DNA from: Entomortierella parvispora E1425
Lineage: Eukaryota > Fungi > Mortierellomycota
Assembly: GCA_020891255.1 (NCBI GenBank)
Contig: BQFW01000006.1
Coordinates: 1,364,001-1,428,000, forward strand
DNA length: 64,000 nucleotides
Reading direction: 5' to 3'
Within the stretch, counting starts at the first letter, position 1. Each line of letters starts with the position of its first letter. Positions 1-11,534 of this stretch are shown piece by piece. The notes beneath the pieces were generated by a model. The model did no database searches, was not told the DNA's origin, and was given only the letters and a program-made list of their open reading frames with translations. The translations under genes were made by a program, and so were the position numbers.

Positions 1-13
1 ATGCTCAGTGCAG

Positions 14-1421
14 ATTGGTTCTCACTTCGGATCAGGGCAAGCGCGGCGGAAAGTCGATCGAGACCAAGAAGATTGTCGATGAGGCCCTCAAGAGCTGCCC
101 CACGGTCGAGACCGTTATTGTCTGCCAGCGCACCGGGGCCGATGTGCCCATGAAGGAGGGTCGCGACTTCTGGTGGAACGAGGAGTGCTGCAAGCGCACC
201 AACTACCTTACTCCCGAGCCCATGAACTCTGAAGATCCCCTTTTCCTCCTCTATACCTCCGGTTCGACCGGCACCCCCAAAGGAGTGATGCACACCACTG
301 CTGGATACCTCTTGGGCGCTGCCGCCACCGTCAAGTACGTCTTTGATTACCATCCCGGCGATATCTTCGCCTGCATGGCTGACGTTGGCTGGATCACTGG
401 ACACACCTACATTGTCTATGGACCTTTGGCTTTGGGTGCCACCACGGTCTTGTTCGAGTCTATCCCCACATACCCCACCCCTGCTCGTTACTGGGAGTTG
501 ATTGCCAAGCACAAGATTACTCAGTTCTACACCGCCCCTACTGCCATCCGTGCTCTTCGTCGCTTGGGTGACGAGTGGGTCGAGGGTCATGACTTGTCCA
601 GCCTCCGTGTCCTCGGAACTGTAGGAGAGCCTATTAACCCCGAAGCTTGGCACTGGTACAACGACAAGGTTGGTAAGGGTCGCTGCGCCATTGTCGACAC
701 CTACTGGCAGACCGAGACCGGATCGCACATTGTGACTCCCTTGCCCGGTGCCATTGCCACCAAGGCTGGCTCTGCCACTGTTCCCTTCTTCGGCATTGAC
801 TTGGCTATTTTGGACCCCGTCACTGGCAAGGAGTTGGTTGGCAATGATGTCACTGGTGTTCTCGCTGTCAAGAAGGCCTGGCCCTCAATTGCCCGCACTG
901 TCTACAACAACCACCAGCGCTACTTTGAGACTTACTTGAAGCCTTACCCTGGATATTACTTCACTGGCGATGGTGCTACCCGCGACAAGGATGGATACAT
1001 CTGGGTCCGTGGTCGTGTTGATGATGTTATCAACGTTTCTGGACATCGTCTCTCAACCGCCGAGATTGAGTCTGCATTGATCATGCACCACTCTGTCGCC
1101 GAGACTGCCGTCATTGGCGCTGCGGACGATGTGACTGGTCAGTGTATTCACGCCTTTGTGTGCTTGAAGCCCGGTATCTCGAGCCACTCGAACGATCTTA
1201 GCAAGGAGTTGATTCTTCAGGTCCGCAAGGTCATTGGACCCTTTGCCGCTCCCAAGAAGATCTACTTGGTTGAGGATCTCCCCAAGACTCGCTCTGGAAA
1301 GTTGATGCGCCGCATCTTGCGCAAGATTGTTGCCGGCGAGTCTGACTCTCTCGGTGATATCTCTACCCTCGCTGACCCAAGCGTTGTCGAGGTCTTGATC
1401 GCCAAGGTTGCCAATTCGTAA
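14..1421 (+). CDS. ACS1: Acetyl-CoA synthetase (AMP-forming), last exon; 5' part lies outside the window
   Basis: AMP-binding signature [38 protein letters not shown] and C-terminal [11 protein letters not shown]. Probable acceptor cag at 11-13; stop at 1421. Confidence 0.97.
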
Positions 1422-1515
1422 AGGAAATCATTAAATCAGCAGGGTCAAGCATTGAGGACCCTCTTGCTTTTGTACTTTATATATTTCATTCCAATAAAAA
1501 ATACACAGAAAAAAA

Positions 1516-3777
1516 CTATTTGACAATGATGTCCGAGTAAGCGGTCGCCATATGGTCGCGCAATGCAGTTTCTTCTGTTGAAACCTTGAGAGTGTCGATA
1601 GAGTCGCGGTGCTCAAGGATTATCCTCCGGCCCTCTTTGCAGAGCTCAAAATCTCGAGCCTCCTTACTCCTTTGAAAGTCCACCCAAAGAAACCGGTCCA
1701 CGGTATCGTCGCTTCTGACGCGATCGGAGGTCTGAAGGATTTTGTAGCCGGCGTCCACCAAGTCCTTGATGGTGAGCACACAATCGAGTTCAAAGATGCC
1801 ATTCTTGTCAGGAAGCATGTAGCTGCTGTACTGTCTGCTCACAAACGGGGCCCCTTGGCTTTCGTAATGGGCTACCATCTTGAAGAAGAAAGGGATCTTG
1901 TCGTACATGGATCGTTTGCGCATCAGATGTGACAGTTTAGTGGAATGCTTCTTGCCGACAATCATGTCGTGATAAGCGGACCCGTGTGATCGCCAAGATG
2001 TGGCCACGGCCGCCAACAAGGCTGTCACTGCGATGAAGTAGGATCCCTGGTCAGCGACATTGAGAAAATAATCAATATAACTGCTCGAGTGCCTCATCCA
2101 GTAAAGAGGCGAGAGATTGAAGATCAGGATCGCCGCTGTAATCAGAACTCCCTCCAGACGATCAGTGTACGGTACCCCTTTGACGGACAAGCTCTGCCAG
2201 AGGTCCAAGTATTCGCCTGTTCTGCGAACGGTACTGGAAAGCGAAACCAGCACACGTCGAGATCCGGTCACATCGAAGTAGGTGTCGTACGAGCCACATC
2301 CCTTCATGTGCGGGTTCATATCTTTGGCGAGATTGTTCGTGGTCACCTCATGCCCGTCCACGGGGAAATACATGGTTTGGATATCGAGCTTCTCTAGGAT
2401 ATCGTCAAGCAATTCGTTCGAGATACTTCGTCCCAAGAGCGCAATCGAATCTGCAGGGTAGAGGCCGCGATACGTCAGCAGCAGGTAGATGACCGAAATC
2501 TTGTCTCGGCGATCTGCAGATTTGCGTGCGCCGTTGATCAGTCTGTGCGTCGAGGTCTTGTCGTCAGGTGAGAGCCTCCACCGGGCTACGAAGAAATCAG
2601 AATCGTTCAGCTCGGACTCGCTAACAATACTCTTGAGTGTCTGAGTATAGATCGACAGGTCCATGGCGCATTTCTTGGTATTGCCATCGACTCTCAGTTT
2701 ATCCTCGTCATCGTAGATCCGCTTGATGGCTGTCTCCAGCTCGCTATTGTCTTCATCATTGTCTTTGATACTGTCGACAGCCTTCACCAAGTGAGAAAAT
2801 TCCGGCGCGGGATACTTTTGACTCCTGGTATCGCTCGGCATATGACGGGCCATATACAATGGAAACAGCATGCTGATTCCGAGTAAGAGTTGGATCTGCC
2901 GATGATGTCGACCACCACACGCGCAGGGAGTCTTTCTCTCGATACGCCCTGTTAATGGATCGATAAACATGCAGCCATCATCCCAACACAACCCTTTCTG
3001 ATGCCGACATTGCGAAATGAACCATCTGATTCTGTCTTCAGGGCTACCATTGGCTTTGTACGCATCATTTCCGATCGCCGTTGTTGGCAAAATGGGTGGA
3101 TCAATAGCGGATTTGTTCGCCAGGACCTCCACCTTCGCAAACCTATCACCATCGACCCTGATATCCCTCGCCAGAGCTCTATCTGTCCTCGTCCGTGGTT
3201 GACAAAGAACAAACTCCTTTCCAAGAAGGAACGACAGCTTGTCCATGAACCAAAAGAACCAGCCGATTCGGAAGTAGTAATGCTTCAGGTAGACACCCTC
3301 AGTTTCCGTTTTGACATAGTTTCGTTGGAAATAGGGTGCCATATCGCGTTTTCGCAACATGCGGTGTTCCTCTTCGCTCTCGATCATTACCAAGGTTGAA
3401 GTAGAACCGCTGCTAGGGGCATGGTTGGTGAGTTCTGAAGTACGAGCTTCGTTGCTGGCAGGGTGTGTGCTGTTGGTATCACTACTTGTAGATTGTGCAT
3501 AGTTGACTTCAGTGCTGGCGTATTGTGCGTTGATAACTTCGTCATTGATTGACTGTGCATGGTTGAGCTCACTGCGTTTGCTGCTGGTTCGACTACCACT
3601 GGGCCGTGCGGGGTTGACTTGGATACTGGTGGACTGTGCGGTGTTGTTTTGAATGTTGGTAGGCTGGGTGTTGCTGAATGATGATTCATCAACCACCTTC
3701 AAATTGTTTCTTTGCTTGTATGTCAGGTACACCGTGAAGGGCCATCGCCTGAATAAAGGTCCTTCAATAACCGCCAT
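1516..3777 (-). CDS. Uncharacterised intronless ~753-aa protein with two predicted C-terminal-half transmembrane helices
   Basis: 2.26-kb open frame from ATG 3777 (MAVIEGPLF...). Hydrophobic segments GVLITAAILIFNLSPLYW and SYFIAVTALLAAVATSW. No motif I recognise. Confidence 0.75.
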   Translation of the reverse strand: MAVIEGPLFRRWPFTVYLTYKQRNNLKVVDESSFSNTQPTNIQNNTAQSTSIQVNPARPSGSRTSSKRSELNHAQSINDEVINAQYASTEVNYAQSTSSDTNSTHPASNEARTSELTNHAPSSGSTSTLVMIESEEEHRMLRKRDMAPYFQRNYVKTETEGVYLKHYYFRIGWFFWFMDKLSFLLGKEFVLCQPRTRTDRALARDIRVDGDRFAKVEVLANKSAIDPPILPTTAIGNDAYKANGSPEDRIRWFISQCRHQKGLCWDDGCMFIDPLTGRIERKTPCACGGRHHRQIQLLLGISMLFPLYMARHMPSDTRSQKYPAPEFSHLVKAVDSIKDNDEDNSELETAIKRIYDDEDKLRVDGNTKKCAMDLSIYTQTLKSIVSESELNDSDFFVARWRLSPDDKTSTHRLINGARKSADRRDKISVIYLLLTYRGLYPADSIALLGRSISNELLDDILEKLDIQTMYFPVDGHEVTTNNLAKDMNPHMKGCGSYDTYFDVTGSRRVLVSLSSTVRRTGEYLDLWQSLSVKGVPYTDRLEGVLITAAILIFNLSPLYWMRHSSSYIDYFLNVADQGSYFIAVTALLAAVATSWRSHGSAYHDMIVGKKHSTKLSHLMRKRSMYDKIPFFFKMVAHYESQGAPFVSRQYSSYMLPDKNGIFELDCVLTIKDLVDAGYKILQTSDRVRSDDTVDRFLWVDFQRSKEARDFELCKEGRRIILEHRDSIDTLKVSTEETALRDHMATAYSDIIVK
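3481..3570 (-). repeat. Three degenerate 30-nt coding tandem repeats
   Basis: Units at 3541-3570, 3511-3540 and 3481-3510 encode ELNHAQSIND / EVINAQYAST / EVNYAQSTSS. Confidence 0.8.
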
Positions 3778-4395
3778 AATGTCGGCAGGCCTGAAATTTT
3801 GCAGAAGTTGAAGGACTGGGCTCGGTGCCTTTTTTTTTTTTTTTTTAGAAAGCAAATCAATCGTGGGTGCCTGCAGTCCTTACAATCCATAATCCCCAAT
3901 CAGTGGTGGGATAAGGAATCACGATAAAGAGGGGAGATTAGAGGTGGGTGGTGAGGCAAGGGTTGAAAGGTTCGTTTGTCGGAGAAAAAGAGCGACTAGA
4001 GGACAGACATCTTCCGTTTTAAAGACTCTGACTTATACAGTCGTTGTTTTTCTGACAAAGGCGACACATAGTACAAGTACTGCGGCTTTAAAAACAAAGC
4101 AAAGCGGTGGTATGACCGTGCCTACGCAGCGCTCTGTATAGTATCTGTTTTGTGGTGGAAGACGCAAACAACAACTTGAAAAGAGGCGTCAAGGGACAAC
4201 ATTGACCCTCGAGGAGAAGTGCGGGAGAGGAGTTTTTTTTCCTCCAAACAACGATGTTTTCTTCTCCCTGGCAAATTCGAAAATCTACCGCCCGATCTAG
4301 TCTCGGGTTGGCAAAGCAAGGTGGTCAAAGCCCTCCCGCATCATTCAACAAGAAGAGTGAAGATTTGTCTCGATTAAAGCATCGAGGCAGCGTCA

Positions 4396-4498
4396 TTTGT
4401 CCTCTTCTCCACAAGTAAACATATTTTGAATCGTGTGGCAAAGTCCTTTGTTGTCTTCTCCATAATCAAACATGGTATGGGATCATCTGGCAAAGTCT
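4396..4498. repeat. Two degenerate ~51-bp tandem repeats (intergenic)
   Basis: tttgtcctcttctccacaagtaaacat...tggcaaagtcc followed directly by tttgttgtcttctccataatcaaacat...tggcaaagtct. Confidence 0.75.
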
Positions 4499-5093
4499 TT
4501 CATTTCATGTCCTGAAACTCACGTATCTTGCACAAAACACGCGACTGCACTATTATGACGCAGGGGAAATGCCTGTGTCCAGGAAATGGGCTGGCAAAGG
4601 ATCTAGAGCACGCGCTCCTCGACGGGAGGTGAAAGGAGTGAGTCGGTCAAAGGTGACGAGTTGGTGGAAGAGCATTCACTTGTGGAGCAGAAAGGGTCAC
4701 CTCTCAAGCGACCCCTTGGGTGTGGAAAGGTGTACAAAGCACATCTGGAAAGAGTTCAGGAGGGCTGTGACTATGGAGGGTGCAAGTGCTGACAATTCCC
4801 CTGCGCTGCGAGACAGCAGGCGATCTGGGCCGTCAATGCTCGCCTGCACAATGGCCCTAGCGGCATGCCAAAGAACACCCAACAGGCTCAAAGGACCTCG
4901 GGCGAACAAGAGGAAATCCGAAAACGGACATGATTGGCCAGCAGGCCTGAGTCATGACTGCTTTGTCAACTGCCTGTCTTCTTCATTTGGGGATTTGAGG
5001 TTTCGATGCTCTTCCACTCTTCCCCATTCTCTCCGACCCTTCTGTTTGTTTTTGTCCCCATCCTCACTCTCTTACGCACACACACTCCACAAC

Positions 5094-5733
5094 ATGTTCA
5101 GGTATGCTGAGGCCCCCTGTTTCGACTCTGGACTATAAACCGAAACGCTAATCACAGAACTCCAGTGGATTGAGTGCCCTGAAAGACCTTTGTACGTTGC
5201 TAATGCCAAGGTCTTCTGTTGTTTTCCCTTGTTATAGTAAACTCGTCAACTTCTGGGTCAACAAGGCCGTTACCGAGACTGTAAGTTGGGGGCACTCGAC
5301 AGAGAGAGAGAAGTGGAATGGTCAAATCAATGAGAGGACAAGGAATGCGAGCGTCAGGAAATCAGGAGCAGATTTGAAGAGATTTCGAGAGATTTCGAGA
5401 GATCACTAACATGTTTTGATCCATTTCTTGAAACAGCTTCTCAGCTCGCCCAAGTTCCATGAGTTCGCCGCAAAGACCCACCACCATGTCTCCAACGTCT
5501 CCAAGAAAGGTAAAAAAACGGAACCTGTAAAAAAAAAAAAAAAAAAAATGGGAGCTGGAAGCTCAAAGGGACTCCCAACGACAAAAACAGGCAACTGACA
5601 AACCACCCCCACTCCTCTTCCTGGATTAGCCGCACCCATGATCTCTGAGAGCACCAACAGAGCCTCGATTTTTGCCAAGGCCTTCAAGGAGACTGTGATC
5701 AAGGAGTCTGAGAACCTTTCCAAGAAAAAGTAA
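5094..5733 (+). CDS. Small 75-aa protein, Mrx7-like (putative mitochondrial microprotein), 4 exons
   Basis: Exons 5094-5101, 5238-5280, 5437-5509 and 5630-5733, all GT-AG and in phase (228 nt), give MFSKLVNFWVNKAVTETLLSSPKFHEFAAKTHHHVSNVSKKAAPMISESTNRASIFAKAFKETVIKESENLSKKK. LLSSPKFHEF resembles yeast Mrx7 LLSSPGFHRF as I recall it. Confidence 0.8.
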
Positions 5734-6462
5734 AACAAACCCGACAACAAAAGACAGTCGACGATGAACGAGCTGGAACTTCAGGATTGCATCTACATAG
5801 TGCACAAGCGCAGTCTTCTCGGACTCGGACAGAAAGTCAAAAAAAAAACCACAACACACACCTCCACTTCATTTTATCGCATAATAGACGCAATCATACC
5901 CAGCAAACCATTCATGTTCTTCTTGTCAGATATTTGAAAAAGGATGCAGTTCGCACGCAGCACTCGATAGCTGGCTGGCAGTTATTGAACAGGAAGGGGT
6001 AAAGTCTGTGCGCAGGCTTCGGGTCAATTTGGGCGAGGGTTTGGTTTGGTGCGGTTACGGCTATGGCTACGAGCGGGTTGTTTTGTTTTTGTTTGCTGTC
6101 GATGGGACTGGTCACAGGCCACACAGCTCACGGAAGCCTTGACCCTAGTCTAGTGTCCATCGCCTAGGCAGATGTGGCGAAGGAGTGCGCTTGTCCTCGG
6201 TTCACGAAGGCGCTGGTCCGTAGGAGAAGAGCAACGGCAAAACCAACAAGATTTCAACCAACAGCATTGAGCTCCGTCTGTCCCGTGAGGGCGAGTGTGG
6301 GGAAGAATCCCAAAATTCGCGCTTGGAGCAACGACACGTCTCTTCCCTCCACAGCAAGGGCCTAGGTCTCTTCTTTGCTCATTCACTTCTTTTCATTTCT
6401 CATTCCTTTCCTTCATCACATCTCAACTTCCCAAACTCCCCTCTCCCCGCACCGTAAAGACA

Positions 6463-8214
6463 ATGTCGGCAGCTATCCGAGTCGCGCAGAGCTCTCAAGC
6501 CTCGATCAAGTCCTTGATCTCGCTTATGAACAAGTCGTGTACTTGCCCCGCTCACTCGCACGCGCGAGCGATCCAGAGGGAGCACCACCAGCACACCAAG
6601 GACTGTGGCCATGGTAAAGATGATGACCACGAGTATGCCTTCGAGATGGCTTCGTCTACCATGCGCTTTGGTGAGGGCGTGACCCGCGAGGTCGGTCAGG
6701 ACCTGGTCAACATGAACGCCAAGAAGGTTTTGGTCATGACGGATCCCAATATCGCCAAGTTGCCTGTGATGAAGACGGTCGTGGACTCGCTCAAGGCCAA
6801 CAACGTCAACTATGTGGTCTTTGACCGCGTTAGGGCCGAGCCGACGGACAGGAGCTACGAAGAGGCTATCCAGTTCACCAAGCAGCACCAGCCCGACGTG
6901 TTTGTGGCGGTCGGTGGAGGATCTGTCATGGATACCTGCAAGGCTGCCAACTTGTATTCCAACTACCCCAACGCGGAGCTGCTCGAGTTTGTGAACGCAC
7001 CTATTGGAAAAGGAAGCGTTATTGACAAGACCTTGTCGCCTCTGATTGCTAGTAAGTCATCTTTTTTTCGGCAGTCTCTTTAGAGAGTGATGTGCATCGT
7101 GGGAAAAATGAGCAGGGCGCCATCTATTATTTTTCTAAATCAAACTAACCGCGTTGTGTCCACGTCCTGCATCCATCTATCCTCTGCAAATCAGTTCCCA
7201 CGACTGCTGGTACAGGATCCGAGACCACGGGAACGGCCATCTTTGACTACAAGCCCTTGAACGTCAAGACTGGTATTGCCTCTCGTAAACTGCGACCCAC
7301 CCTCGGCATTGTCGATCCCCTCAACACCCTTACCATGCCCACTCAGGTCAAGATTGCCTCAGGATTGGATGTGCTTTGCCATGCATTGGAATCGTACACA
7401 GCCTTGCCCTACCAGGAGAGAACGCCTCGTCCCAAGAACCCCGCCGAGAGACCCGCTTATCAGGGATCTAACCCTATTTCGGATGTCTGGTCCTTGGAGG
7501 CTCTCAAGTTGACGGTCAAATACTTGAAGCGATCCGCAGATGACCCTCTGGATTTGGAGGCGAACGCAGAAATGTGCCTCGCTGCTGCTGCTGCTGGAAC
7601 TGGATTCGGATCGGCTGGAGTGCATGTAAGTCGACCGGAAAGTCTGCTGAGGGACGGTTCAACTATTCTTTTTTTGCGGTTCGACTCATCCTATTTCTTC
7701 TACCTAGCTCTGCCACGGAATGAGCTACCCTATCAGTGGATTGAACAAGGGATACAAGCATCCGGAATACAACGTGGATCACAACATCATTCCTCACGGT
7801 AAGTTTCTCGGATCCCGGGTCAACTAGCATGGGATATCGGCTAACTCTTGACATACTGGGTGTATATTCTCTCTTGCAGGTATCTCGGTTGCCGTGACAG
7901 CACCAGCCGTCTTCCGCTACACGGGTGAGGCTTGCCCCGATCGTCATTTCAAGGCGGCCGAGATCTTTGGTGCGGACCTGTCCAAGGTCCGAAAGGGTGA
8001 ATCTGCTGGTCCTCTCTTGGCTGATCAGCTGACAAAGTTTTTGCAGGGTTTGGGTATCCCCGATGGTATCTCTGCGTTGGGCTACACCAAAGATGATATC
8101 CCCGCGCTGGTCAAGGGCACACTGCCCCAGCACCGCGTCACAAAGCTAGCACCCTTGTCGACAGGAGCTGAGGCATTGGAGAAAATCTTTGCCGACTCCA
8201 TGAAGAACTACTAA
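6463..8214 (+). CDS. ADHFE1: Hydroxyacid-oxoacid transhydrogenase (iron-dependent ADH family), mitochondrial
   Basis: Exons 6463-7051, 7195-7625, 7708-7798 and 7880-8214. Motifs CTCPAHSH, YAFEMASSTMRFGEG, GGGSVMDTCKA, PTTAGTGSETTG, DVLCHALESYTA and LCHGMSYPISG. Confidence 0.95.
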
Positions 8215-8387
8215 GCGGATAGCAAACATGTCAAAGAGTTTTGACTACACAATATAGCCCATATATATGACATATACACCCTTCGGGTAAAAGGCCTTGG
8301 AGGTCTTGTTGGAAAGACGTTTTTCCAGACAAATAAAGATATGAAACGCGCTTTTTACATGCACAGTACTCAATGTACTTGATATAT

Positions 8388-10490
8388 CTAAGGGGATGAT
8401 GAGGTGGTGCTATCTACAATGGCAGTGATGCCGGATGCGGTGTGGGATTCGGTTGTTCTTGTTGTGGTGGAGGAGGAGGAATGCATAACAGCCCTAGTGG
8501 CAGTCATGGAGGATGAAGAGTGATGATGTTCTTGGACAATGGACAGACCAGGTCTATCGGCCACCATTTCCAGCGCGCGGGGAGAGCTGGAGGTCGAGCT
8601 CGAAGAACTGGATACGACTCTTGTGGCTGAAGACGACACTGTGGCGGATGAGGACACGGTCGACATTGTATTGTTGGACTCTTGGTGACGATGTCCTGAT
8701 ATCGTGTTGGAGGATGTGATAGTGGCGACTGCAGACTCCACGTGCCTGCCCAACACGACGGGTGCGTTTCCATCGCCTTCGACCTGAGAGTCTGTTTCCT
8801 TGATAAAGACGTTGACATGAGATCCAGTCTTTTCGCTGGGTTCCTCATGGTCGTTGCCGCGGAAGGATGAGGTTTTGGAAGAGAGCGGTGTGCCACCTAC
8901 AGCCGATTGCTCTCCGGACTCTGAGCTCGCCACTTCTGAGCCCTGCACAGTCGAACGAGACGAATGATGTTGTGCCTTTGCCTGTTGTGCCTTTGCCTGT
9001 TGTGCCTTCGCCTGTTGTTTTCTTGCATCTTGCTCTGACTGAGTACCAACTACAACCACAAAATTATCGCTCATGGGTTGATTCAATACGTCCTCCACCG
9101 AGTTGTGCCTCAAACAGATGCAGCTGGTCAAGTAGGTGCACCAATCCATGGTCTTGCTTGTAAACTTTTCACCCACCAGCTTCTCGGGTCTCTTTCCAAA
9201 AGGTCGTCCATAGATCCTGAAGAGCGCCTTTCGATCCATCAGGATCGGGGTCTGATGATGCCAAAACTCCCAAGCGACGCCCAACAGGGCCAAGCCCAGC
9301 GAACCGCCCAGCATATCAAAGACCTGTTTGTTTGGATGGTAGGTCAAGGACCTGCCCGTGAACTGGAAGATGACAATCATTTCCCGATACCCGACTTGAA
9401 GAAATTCATCGAGGCCGTACATGAACATGTAGCTCCCCCCGAAACTCGTGCAGAGGATGACGGCCACCCGTTCAAACATAGTGGCCAAAGCGGCGCAGAT
9501 GAGAACGAGGACGCCCAAGATAACGTAGCGCCAAGCGGTGGAAAGATGACGGTCCGAGGCGGCGACAATGGCCATGGCAAGGGCAAAGCCTCCAAAGGCA
9601 CCTGAAAAGGTGACGCCGAGATCCCAGAAACGGAAACAGATGATGGCCCCCACAAGAGCGACCGAGAACCAGACCCAAAAGACGTAAGACGAGGGCTTGA
9701 AGACAAAGTAGTTCAGCTGCCAATTGAGTGATACCATGATCAGGATGGCAATGACGGCTACAAAGAGAGGAGCCAACAAGGAACGTAAGAGTTTGCATGT
9801 TTCACATTGTGTCCGTCTCTTCTCGTGAAAAAAAACTTTCAAGAGCTTACCACAAGACAGGAATCCCATGAGAAACAACGTCAGTCTGATAAACTTGAAC
9901 CCGTAAAACACTTGGACCAGTCCAAAAATGAGAAAGACGACACCCAAACCAACGTTCTCTGAAGTGATTCGAGTCTTTTGTCCAACATTCAGGATCAAGG
10001 GTGCATTCGCGTCATCGCCAGCGCTTCCGCCTCCTGTAATCGGTCCAGTGGTTCCGTTGGTCGATGAGTTGGAAGGTGACGAGGCCAAGGAAATGGGCAA
10101 AGTACTGAGATCCAAAGGTGGGGTGTCCGCCGTGGCAGAGTCGAGACTGTTGAGATGGAGGACAGGTGTGGGGGAGGGTTCAGGGGAGCCACTGTCGGCC
10201 AAGGCAGCAGCCAGAAAGATGTTCTCAGGTACAAAGAGGTCCTGCACATCGCCTTCTGCTGATCTTGTCGGGGTTGTGGTTGTCAATGATGATGAAATAA
10301 TGGCAGGAGCAAGGTCCATCGAAGATGATGAGATCGGACTAGCAAAAGTGGTGCAGGCACCAAAAACCAAAAGCAAGGTGACCGCAACGATCGCCCAGCC
10401 GCGGGGGATTGACGATCTTTTCCGTCGCGATCGACTTTGTTCCTTCTTCCATGCATCATCACGACGACAGTGGCTTCTCTGGTTCATCAT
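8388..10490 (-). CDS. TM7S3/TMEM198-like (DUF4203) multi-pass membrane protein with N-terminal signal and Ser-rich tail
   Basis: Signal-like WAIVAVTLLLVFGACTTFA, about 7 hydrophobic helices starting GVVFLIFGLVQVFYGFKF, and AVILCTSFGGSY. Probable 93-nt intron at 9850-9758. Confidence 0.78.
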   Translation of the reverse strand: MMNQRSHCRRDDAWKKEQSRSRRKRSSIPRGWAIVAVTLLLVFGACTTFASPISSSSMDLAPAIISSSLTTTTPTRSAEGDVQDLFVPENIFLAAALADSGSPEPSPTPVLHLNSLDSATADTPPLDLSTLPISLASSPSNSSTNGTTGPITGGGSAGDDANAPLILNVGQKTRITSENVGLGVVFLIFGLVQVFYGFKFIRLTLFLMGFLSCGKLLKVFFHEKRRTQCETCKLLRSLLAPLFVAVIAILIMVSLNWQLNYFVFKPSSYVFWVWFSVALVGAIICFRFWDLGVTFSGAFGGFALAMAIVAASDRHLSTAWRYVILGVLVLICAALATMFERVAVILCTSFGGSYMFMYGLDEFLQVGYREMIVIFQFTGRSLTYHPNKQVFDMLGGSLGLALLGVAWEFWHHQTPILMDRKALFRIYGRPFGKRPEKLVGEKFTSKTMDWCTYLTSCICLRHNSVEDVLNQPMSDNFVVVVGTQSEQDARKQQAKAQQAKAQQAKAQHHSSRSTVQGSEVASSESGEQSAVGGTPLSSKTSSFRGNDHEEPSEKTGSHVNVFIKETDSQVEGDGNAPVVLGRHVESAVATITSSNTISGHRHQESNNTMSTVSSSATVSSSATRVVSSSSSSTSSSPRALEMVADRPGLSIVQEHHHSSSSMTATRAVMHSSSSTTTRTTESHTASGITAIVDSTTSSSP
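8971..9015 (-). repeat. 15-bp tandem repeat x3 encoding QAKAQ
   Basis: tgtgcctttgcctgt twice plus tgtgccttcgcctgt on the + strand. Confidence 0.9.
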
Positions 10491-11534
10491 AGCTGACGGA
10501 TGTCTTCCCTTAGCTCAAGGCTATGGAGAGAGGGCTAGAAGCAGTAGTGGCAATGGGGGCCGTGCTCAACAGGGGGAACAAATAGATGGCGATGTGGAAA
10601 AAAAGGTGGGCAGGGTGGGGGTAGAGATTTGATCAGTCTGTTCTTGAAACCTGAATGAAAGGACCAAGTTGTGTCTCCTTGTTACACTCCCAACGCCTCG
10701 TCTGTGAACTGATCAATGGTGTTGAAGAAGAAGGGTCTACGGGGGGAGGGAAGCAGGGGGCAAATAGTGTCGACGACGAGTCTCCTGATAATACAAGATC
10801 GAACGTTGCCAAAGAGGGGAAAAAGATCCACAGAGGCAAGAGGACAGAGGGGAGAAAACCAATAGCGTGATATGTGAATGTCGCGGATGAGTGATGGTCA
10901 AAATGCAGGTGGAGCAAAGAAAATCGAGAGTAGAAAGAGTGAGAGAGTGGAAAGAACAAGACAAAGAGAAAAGGATGATCTGTCAAGAACGAATCAATGG
11001 AAAGAAAAGAAGGAAGAGGGTAAGGAACAAGTTTCTTGTGGATGGGGAGATTTACCAACCTCCCCACAGCAATGTATTTATGGATTATTAACCTATCAGG
11101 GTCAAACTCTGAGGATACTTTTTTGACGGCTCTCTTATTTTGCAAGACAATGGAAGAGATTTCAGCCGCGGGGAGAACTAGGAAGAAAAACAAAAGCAGC
11201 GCAAAGTTGGTTCATGTTTATATCGTCTTGTCGAGAGTTTGTCCCTGTCATCGAAAGCAATGGCTGTTCTCGAGCGGTAAGTTTGCTCCGTCAGCAGGTT
11301 CAAGTTCAGTGGAAGTACATATCCAGGCAACTATCCTGGATGGTGCGGTGAGGAAGACAGCCAAGGAACATCTCAATGCCGCAAAATTATTATAAAACCC
11401 GCTTTGCTGCTCAAATGAGCGAAAAATTGCTGAACAACCAACGGTCCGCCATTGCCAGGGGAGGCATTTTTATTATTTTTTTCCTCCTTTGATAGGTCTT
11501 GTGAGGCAAGGGCTGCAGCGTCGCATCGCAACCC

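Noticed and set aside
8212-8250. Stop-codon read-through to a cryptic PTS1 in HOT, AGX1 or ACS
   Set aside because: All three stops are TAA without the TGA-CTA context. The HOT extension ends in KEF, and no SKL-like end was seen in the stretches I read after AGX1 and ACS.
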